From a virus (Duplodnaviria > Caudoviricetes), in IMG/VR virus record IMGVR_UViG_3300027777_000122, positions 1 to 27,624 of that record: a stretch of 27,624 nt of DNA. One strand, 5' to 3'. The translations under genes were made by a program, and so were the position numbers. Shown here piece by piece: positions 21,972-27,624 of this stretch (its first letter is position 1; each line of letters starts with the position of its first letter). The notes under the pieces were generated by a model. The model was not told the origin of the DNA. It made no database searches and worked only from the letters and a program-made list of their open reading frames with translations.

Positions 21972-23116
21972 GCGGCCACGCCAAGCTGTCACCTAGCTCC
22001 GCTGCGCGGTGGATGACCTGCCCTGGCAGTGTTGCGCTGTCCGAGGGTATTGAGGACACGTCGTCCAAGAACGCGGATGAGGGCACCATGATGCACGCCT
22101 TCGCGGCCAAGTGCTTGGAGACTGGCACCGACGCTGTTGGCTACGTAGGGCAGACCGACAAGGAGACCGGGTTGATCCTGCAGGCCGCGCAGGCTAAGGA
22201 CGTGCAGTTCTACGTCGACCACGTCCGCGACATCGTGAAGTCCACCGGCGGAACGCTGATGGTGGAGCAGCGCTTGCCCATCGGCTGGTTGACCGGCGAG
22301 GAGGGTGCCCACGGCACGGCTGATGCGGTGATCGTGACGCCCGATGAGCTGATCATCGTGGACGCTAAGTTTGGGTTCAAGGAGGTGGAGGCCGACAGCA
22401 ACCCCCAGCTCATGATCTACGCTGCAGCGGCATGGGACGAGCTGAAGGTGGCCTACGACTTCCAGCGGGTGCGCATAGCCATTAGCCAGCCCCGGCTGTT
22501 GGCTAAGCCGGAGTTCAGCTTTGACATGAACGACCTGCACAACTTTATAGGCGAGGTGATATTCGCGGCGGAGCAGGTGCGCTACGCCCCCGACTTCTAT
22601 GCGCCGTCGGAGAAGGCGTGCCAGTGGTGCCGCGCCAAGTCAATCTGCCCAGCCCTGCGCGAGAAGGTGCTGGTCGACTTTGACGCGGTGGTGCCCGAGA
22701 CCGCTGACCAGGACGACCTGGCGCGGGTCATGGCTAACGCCAACCTGATTGAGGGCTGGATCAAGGCAGTGCGCGCAGAGGTTGAGCGACGACTGCTAGC
22801 CGGTGAGCCCGTCAAAGGCTACAAGCTGGTGCAGGGCAAGCGCGGCAACCGAATGTGGGCCAACCCCGAGGACGCTGAGGCAGCGCTCAAGGCCATGCGC
22901 ATAAAGCACGACCAGATGTACGACTACAAGCTGGCGAGCCCCACCAGCATTGAGAAGCTGGCCAAGGCCGAGGAGATTGGGCCACGCCAGTGGGTCAAGA
23001 TCCAGGCCCTGATCACCCAAAGCGAGGGCCAGCCATCGGTGGCGCCTGAGTCCGATAAACGCCCTGCGCTGGTCACATCAGCAGCGGCGTCCGATTTCGA
23101 CGACGTGACAACCTAA
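21968..23116 (+). CDS. DUF2800 PD-(D/E)xK (Cas4-like) exonuclease
   Basis: HAKLSPSSAARWMTCPGS, EGTMMH, VEQRL, GTADAV, IVDAKFG, NPQLMIYA, CQWCRAKSICP. Confidence 0.88.
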   Translation: MSGHAKLSPSSAARWMTCPGSVALSEGIEDTSSKNADEGTMMHAFAAKCLETGTDAVGYVGQTDKETGLILQAAQAKDVQFYVDHVRDIVKSTGGTLMVEQRLPIGWLTGEEGAHGTADAVIVTPDELIIVDAKFGFKEVEADSNPQLMIYAAAAWDELKVAYDFQRVRIAISQPRLLAKPEFSFDMNDLHNFIGEVIFAAEQVRYAPDFYAPSEKACQWCRAKSICPALREKVLVDFDAVVPETADQDDLARVMANANLIEGWIKAVRAEVERRLLAGEPVKGYKLVQGKRGNRMWANPEDAEAALKAMRIKHDQMYDYKLASPTSIEKLAKAEEIGPRQWVKIQALITQSEGQPSVAPESDKRPALVTSAAASDFDDVTT

Positions 23117-23130
23117 CCTTTGGAATACTT

Positions 23131-23667
23131 ATGAAAATCAAACTGAACAATGTCCGCCTGTCCTTTCCCCAACTGTTCGAGGCCACCACGGTCAACGGTG
23201 AGGGCAAGCCCGCCTTCTCCGCTGCCTTCCTGATCAACCCGAAAGACCCCCAGGTCGCGGCCATCAACGCCGCGATCGACGCGGTAGCGAAGGAGAAGTG
23301 GGCGGCCAAGGCCGAGGCCAACCTCAAGGCCATGCGCGCAGCCGACAAGGTCTGCCTGCACAGCGGTGACCTGAAGTCCAACTACGACGGCTTTGAGGGC
23401 AACCTGTACATCAGCGCCCGCAACGCGATCCGCCCCCTGGTGATCGATGTGAACAAGGCCCCGCTCACTGAGCAGGATGGCAAGCCCTACGCGGGCTGCT
23501 ACGTCAACGCCAGCGTGGAGTTCTGGGCGCAGGACAACAACTACGGAAAGCGCGTCAACGCCACGCTATTGGGCGTGCAGTTCTACCGTGACGGTGAGAG
23601 CTTCTCCGGTGGCGGCGTGGCCGACGTTGAAGACTTCGACGATCTGACCGCAGAAGACTTGGTTTAA
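23131..23667 (+). CDS. DUF2815 ssDNA-binding protein (T7 gp2.5-like)
   Basis: VRLSFPQLF, YAGCYVNASV, LLGVQFYRDGESF and an acidic tail. Confidence 0.88.
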   Translation: MKIKLNNVRLSFPQLFEATTVNGEGKPAFSAAFLINPKDPQVAAINAAIDAVAKEKWAAKAEANLKAMRAADKVCLHSGDLKSNYDGFEGNLYISARNAIRPLVIDVNKAPLTEQDGKPYAGCYVNASVEFWAQDNNYGKRVNATLLGVQFYRDGESFSGGGVADVEDFDDLTAEDLV

Positions 23668-23672
23668 TTTTC

Positions 23673-23759
23673 GGGGGGAAAGCGGATGCTGTGAGCCAGT
23701 ACGCCCAGTCCTTGCAAAGATTGCTCGGTTAACCTGAAGCAGACGCAGCGAGTACCCCC
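23673..23759 (+). ncRNA. Candidate structured RNA element
   Basis: GGGGG/CCCCC closing stem next to GAA/AGUA (loop E-like), then GC/GC and CUG/CAG pairs; lies in a 115-nt gap in an otherwise overlapping operon. Confidence 0.35.
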
Positions 23760-23782
23760 ACCTACGCATCGGAGATACACAC

Positions 23783-23968
23783 ATGAGCGCTATGAAAGAA
23801 GAACTGCTGACCATCGTCGAGACCATTGACTGGGTGTTCGGAGACGGCTACGCCAAGAAGAACCCCGAACTGGTGGGACGCATGTTCGAGTCCAACGCCC
23901 TTACCTACGCCGCCGCCCAGATCAGCGAAGAGATGCACGCCAACGTTAAAGACGAATTTCAGGTGTAG
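23783..23968 (+). CDS. Hypothetical protein
   Basis: 61 aa, IDWVFGDGYAKKNPELVG; SD GGAG. Confidence 0.75.
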   Translation: MSAMKEELLTIVETIDWVFGDGYAKKNPELVGRMFESNALTYAAAQISEEMHANVKDEFQV

Positions 23969-23992
23969 ACTAGCGTCGCACTACACACCCAC

Positions 23993-26062
23993 ATGCGAAC
24001 GCTTTACCTCGACTTGGAGACATTCTCCAAGACACCGATTACCCATGGCACCCATGCCTATGCTGCGAATGCAGAGATACTGCTCGCGGCATGGGCATGG
24101 GACGATGCCCCCGTGCAGGTGACCGATTTCACTACCAGCCCACCAGAGCAGATACCCCCCGACGTAAGCACTTTTGCCAACGACCCTGACGTTGAGGTGG
24201 TGATCCACAACTCCCACTTCGACCGCACGGTGATCCGGCACGTCTGGGGCATTGACATCCCCACCAAGCGCATCCACGACACCATGGTCCAGGCCATGGC
24301 CCACAGCCTGCCCGGTAGCCTGGGCATGCTCTGCGAGGTGCTGGGCCTGCCATCTGACAAGGCCAAGGACAAGGACGGCAAGCGGCTGATCCAACTCTTC
24401 ACCAAGCCGCTAGGCAAGAACCGGTTATTGCGCCGCGCCACCCGCGAGACGCATCCAGAGGATTGGGAGCGCTTCAAGGCCTACGCCGCCGCCGACGTGG
24501 AGGCTATGCGCGAGATAAAGAAGCGCATGCCCCTGCTCAACTTCACGCCCGCAGAGCGTGCCCTGTGGCAGCTAGACCAGCGCATCAACGACCGTGGCGT
24601 CGCTATTGACCTTGCACTGGTGGACTCGGCCATCACCGCCATCGACAAGGCCAAGCACGAGCTGGCCGGTCGCACGCAGGCGCTGACCGACGGCAGCGTG
24701 TCTAGCGCCACCCTCAACGAGGTCTTCCGGCTGCACCTGTTCGAGGCCTTCGGCATAGACCTGCCCGACCTGCAGATGGCCACTATCGAGAAGACGCTGT
24801 CCACACTTGAACTGAACCCGGCCATGCGCGAACTGCTGACCATCCGGTTACAGGCCAGCTCCACCAGCACGGCCAAGTACCGGGTGCTGATGCGCGGCAC
24901 CAGCACGGACGGGCGCCTGCGCGGGCTGCTGCAGTTCTGCGGCGCTATCCGCACGGGGCGCTGGGCCGGGCGGCTGTTCCAGCCCCAGAACCTGCCCCGG
25001 CCAACGCTCAAGCAGAAGGCCATCGACGCGGGCATTGAGGCACTGCGCGCCGGGTGCGCGCACCTGACCACCGACAACGTCATGGAGCTGGTGAGCTCGG
25101 CCATCCGTAGCTGCATCGTGGCGCCTACTGGAAAAAAGCTGGTGGTGGCCGACTTGTCTAACATTGAGGGCCGGGTCCAGAGCTGGCTGGCTAACGAGGA
25201 ATGGAAGCTCCAAGCCTTCCGCAACTTCGACGCCAAGGTGGGCCCTGACCTGTACAAGCTGGCCTACAGCAAGTCCTTCGGCGTGGCGCCTGGGGCGGTA
25301 ACAGACGACCAGCGACAGGTGGGCAAGGTGCAGGAGCTGGCGCTCGGCTACGAGGGCGGCGTGGGCGCGTTTGTGACGTTTGCGGGGGCCTACGGCATTA
25401 ACTTGGACAGCTTGGCCGACAAGGTGCTCCTAGACGCGCCTGACAACGTGGTGGCCAAGGCCGACAAGTTCTTGGGCTGGACCAAAAAGGACAAGCGGCC
25501 CATGTACGGGCTGTCCGAGGACGCTTTCGTGGCCTGCGATGTCCTGAAGCGCATGTGGCGCGACGCCCACCCCAACATCACCAACTACTGGGCCGCGCTC
25601 AAGGATCTGGTGATTAAGGCATTGCTTAACAGGGGCAACACCTTCAACGAGCTAGGCCTGAAGGTGCGGGCCAGCAAGAACTGGCTGGTGCTCGGGCTGC
25701 CCTCGGGCCGGGCGCTGTGCTACCCGTCACCCAAGGTTGAGGACGGCGACAAGATCACGTACATGGGCATCGACCAGTACACCCGCAAGTGGACGCGCAT
25801 ACATACACACGGGGGCAAGCTGTTTGAAAATTGTTCCCAAGCCGTGGCGCGCGACATCATGGCGGCCAACATGCCATTGATTGAGGCGGCGGGCTACCAG
25901 ATCGTTTTAAGTGTACATGATGAAATTATTGCGGAGGCACCAGACGAGCCGCAGTACAACGCCAAGCACCTTGCCAGCCTGCTGGCGGCGAACCCCGCTT
26001 GGGCACCCGACATCCCGCTGGCTGCAGCGGGCTTTGAGACATACCGATACAGGAAGGGTTGA
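23993..26062 (+). CDS. polA: Family A DNA polymerase with 3'-5' exonuclease
   Basis: ExoI DLET, ExoII HNSHFD, ExoIII YAAAD; TGRW; motif A ADLSNIEGR; motif B RQVGKVQELALGY; motif C VHDE. Confidence 0.95.
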   Translation: MRTLYLDLETFSKTPITHGTHAYAANAEILLAAWAWDDAPVQVTDFTTSPPEQIPPDVSTFANDPDVEVVIHNSHFDRTVIRHVWGIDIPTKRIHDTMVQAMAHSLPGSLGMLCEVLGLPSDKAKDKDGKRLIQLFTKPLGKNRLLRRATRETHPEDWERFKAYAAADVEAMREIKKRMPLLNFTPAERALWQLDQRINDRGVAIDLALVDSAITAIDKAKHELAGRTQALTDGSVSSATLNEVFRLHLFEAFGIDLPDLQMATIEKTLSTLELNPAMRELLTIRLQASSTSTAKYRVLMRGTSTDGRLRGLLQFCGAIRTGRWAGRLFQPQNLPRPTLKQKAIDAGIEALRAGCAHLTTDNVMELVSSAIRSCIVAPTGKKLVVADLSNIEGRVQSWLANEEWKLQAFRNFDAKVGPDLYKLAYSKSFGVAPGAVTDDQRQVGKVQELALGYEGGVGAFVTFAGAYGINLDSLADKVLLDAPDNVVAKADKFLGWTKKDKRPMYGLSEDAFVACDVLKRMWRDAHPNITNYWAALKDLVIKALLNRGNTFNELGLKVRASKNWLVLGLPSGRALCYPSPKVEDGDKITYMGIDQYTRKWTRIHTHGGKLFENCSQAVARDIMAANMPLIEAAGYQIVLSVHDEIIAEAPDEPQYNAKHLASLLAANPAWAPDIPLAAAGFETYRYRKG

Positions 26063-26063
26063 T

Positions 26064-26345
26064 ATGCGCGAATCAGACATTGAGAAGTACCTTGTGAAGA
26101 AGGTCAAAGAGATGGGCGGCGAGGTCCGCAAGGTCAAGTGGATCGGGCGCAACGGCGCGCCCGACCGCCTGGTTATGCTGCCACCACGGGATTGTGAGGA
26201 GAATGGCACCATCTGGGTGGAGCTCAAGGCCCTCGGCAAGGTCCCCGAGCCGCACCAGCTCCGTGAGCACAAGCGCATGCGGGCGGTAGGCCAGCGCGTG
26301 GCGGTGATCGACAGTTTGGAGGGCGTTGACGCGCTGCTGCTATGA
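26064..26345 (+). CDS. VRR-NUC domain nuclease (93 aa)
   Basis: MRESDIEKYL...GAPDRLV...WVELKA...PHQ; start ATG 26064 directly after the polA stop. Confidence 0.88.
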   Translation: MRESDIEKYLVKKVKEMGGEVRKVKWIGRNGAPDRLVMLPPRDCEENGTIWVELKALGKVPEPHQLREHKRMRAVGQRVAVIDSLEGVDALLL

Positions 26346-27376
26346 ATAAAATTGAATTTGGCGACTGCCGCGAAACCATGCGCCGATGGGCCGCTGATGG
26401 CGTCAAGGTGCAAACTTGCGTGACCAGTCCACCTTACTATGGATTGCGTGATTACGGGCATGAAGGACAGATTGGGCTTGAAGAAACGCTAGAGGAATAT
26501 ATCAAGGCGATGGTTGAGGTGTTCCGATGCGTTTGGGATGTTCTGGAAGACAATGGAACTTTGTGGCTGAACATTGGGGATAGTTACTCAACCGGCACAA
26601 AAGCCGAGCGTCAACAGTCAACTAATCCAGGCGTAGGAGCAAACACGCCGGAAGCGCAGAATAGTGTTGCGCGAATTGGTAATCCGGCAGGCTGTAAGAC
26701 TAAAGACTTAATCGGAGTTCCTTGGATGCTGGCGTTTGCACTTCGTGCTGATGGCTGGTATCTGCGGCAAGACATCATCTGGCACAAGCCCAACCCCATG
26801 CCCGAAAGCGTGCGGGATCGTTGCACCAAGGCGCATGAGTACATTTTTCTGCTGTCGAAGTCGGAGCGGTATTACTACGACGCCGAGGCGATTGCGCAGC
26901 CACTGGCAGAAACCAGCAAGGTGCGGCTAGCGCAGCCAAACCTTGCTAACCAGCGCGGAAGCGACCGAGTGCCGGGCAAGACCAACGGCAACATGAAGGC
27001 AGTTGGGCCGAGGTTCGGCGGCAATAAGTACGGCGACGACGACCGCGAGGAGAGCCGCACAAAAAGCGGGAACGAGTGGAAGGGCGGTAGCGGCAAAGCT
27101 AACCGTCGCAGCGTCTGGACCGTCGCCACTCGCCCCTACAAGGGTGCGCATTTCGCTACGTTTCCACCGGAGTTGATCGAGCCCTGCATACGGGCTGGTT
27201 CACGTTCAGGCGATATTGTGTTGGACCCCTTCATGGGCAGTGGTACCACAGCAGCAGTAGCAATTCGATACGACCGAAACTATCTTGGTTGTGAACTAAA
27301 CCCAACGTATGGGGTATTGCAACAAGAACGAATACAAAAGGCGCTTAATTTTCGCTGCGAGGAACTAATTACATGA
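26342..27376 (+). CDS. DNA amino-methyltransferase, beta class (N6_N4_Mtase), probably m4C
   Basis: Motif IV TSPPY at the N-terminus, IIWHKPNPMPES, HFATFP, motif I DPFMGSGTT at the C-terminus. Confidence 0.92.
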   Translation: MNKIEFGDCRETMRRWAADGVKVQTCVTSPPYYGLRDYGHEGQIGLEETLEEYIKAMVEVFRCVWDVLEDNGTLWLNIGDSYSTGTKAERQQSTNPGVGANTPEAQNSVARIGNPAGCKTKDLIGVPWMLAFALRADGWYLRQDIIWHKPNPMPESVRDRCTKAHEYIFLLSKSERYYYDAEAIAQPLAETSKVRLAQPNLANQRGSDRVPGKTNGNMKAVGPRFGGNKYGDDDREESRTKSGNEWKGGSGKANRRSVWTVATRPYKGAHFATFPPELIEPCIRAGSRSGDIVLDPFMGSGTTAAVAIRYDRNYLGCELNPTYGVLQQERIQKALNFRCEELIT

Positions 27377-27624
27377 GGTCTGAGTTCACCCCCCGCCCGT
27401 ATCAGGGCATGATCATCGACCACATCATCGACACCCCTCGGTGCGCGATCTGGGCCGGTATGGGCACGGGTAAGACCGTGGCTACCCTGACGGCTTTGGA
27501 CACGCTCCAGATGGTTGAGGATGGCCCCGTGCTGGTCGTGGCGCCCCTGCGGGTGGCCAACGACACCTGGCCCAACGAGGTGCTGAAATGGAACCACCTG
27601 CGCGGTATGAACGTGTCCGTGATC
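27373..27624 (+). CDS. SNF2-like SF2 helicase (N-terminal part; runs off the window)
   Basis: Hand translation MRSEFTPRPYQ...WAGMGTGKT...VLVVAPLRVA..TWPNEVLKW. Confidence 0.88.
   Translation, partial: MRSEFTPRPYQGMIIDHIIDTPRCAIWAGMGTGKTVATLTALDTLQMVEDGPVLVVAPLRVANDTWPNEVLKWNHLRGMNVSVI

Noticed and set aside
21968-23116. Cas4-like nuclease as evidence of CRISPR-Cas
   Set aside because: DUF2800 is a standard member of this replication module; no cas1/cas2 and no repeat-spacer array.
25911-26063. N-terminal extension of the VRR-NUC ORF overlapping polA
   Set aside because: Family-like sequence starts at MRESDIE (26064); the extension overlaps polA motif C and looks non-coding in that frame.
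1-27624. Stop-codon reassignment, tRNA genes, integrase or att site
   Set aside because: All core genes are intact in the standard code and TAA, TGA and TAG are all used as stops; no cloverleaf or recombinase motifs were recognised by eye.

Overview
Fragment of a tailed dsDNA phage genome (Caudoviricetes). No host genes, integrase, tRNA or CRISPR array are visible. The gene families suggest a proteobacterial host, possibly a freshwater betaproteobacterium (inference only). The minus-strand arm (21042 to 1) carries a run of small early genes, a Cro-like regulator, a primase-polymerase/AAA_25 helicase with a repeat-rich candidate origin, more small genes, and then the head module: TerS, TerL, three accessory genes, portal, GroES-like protein, scaffold, decoration-like protein and a partial Mu-gpT-like major capsid protein. 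The plus-strand arm (21212 to end) is a DUF2800, DUF2815, PolA, VRR-NUC, methyltransferase, SNF2 helicase replication module. Two features stand out. (1) TerL carries a 276-aa intein in its Walker B motif. The intein's HNH/zinc-finger endonuclease is not in the intein frame but is a nested ORF in the -1 frame, with its own Shine-Dalgarno and an in-phase -1 slippery heptamer. (2) Three genes between TerL and portal form a modular cassette with up to four ADP-ribosyltransferase-like domains, punctuated by a recurring [YMK]-[AK]-x-G-G-x-[VI] motif; one of these modules is an AT-rich insert bounded by two such motifs. Several candidate structured RNAs and cis-elements are also present. All assignments come from reading motifs by eye; no searches were run.
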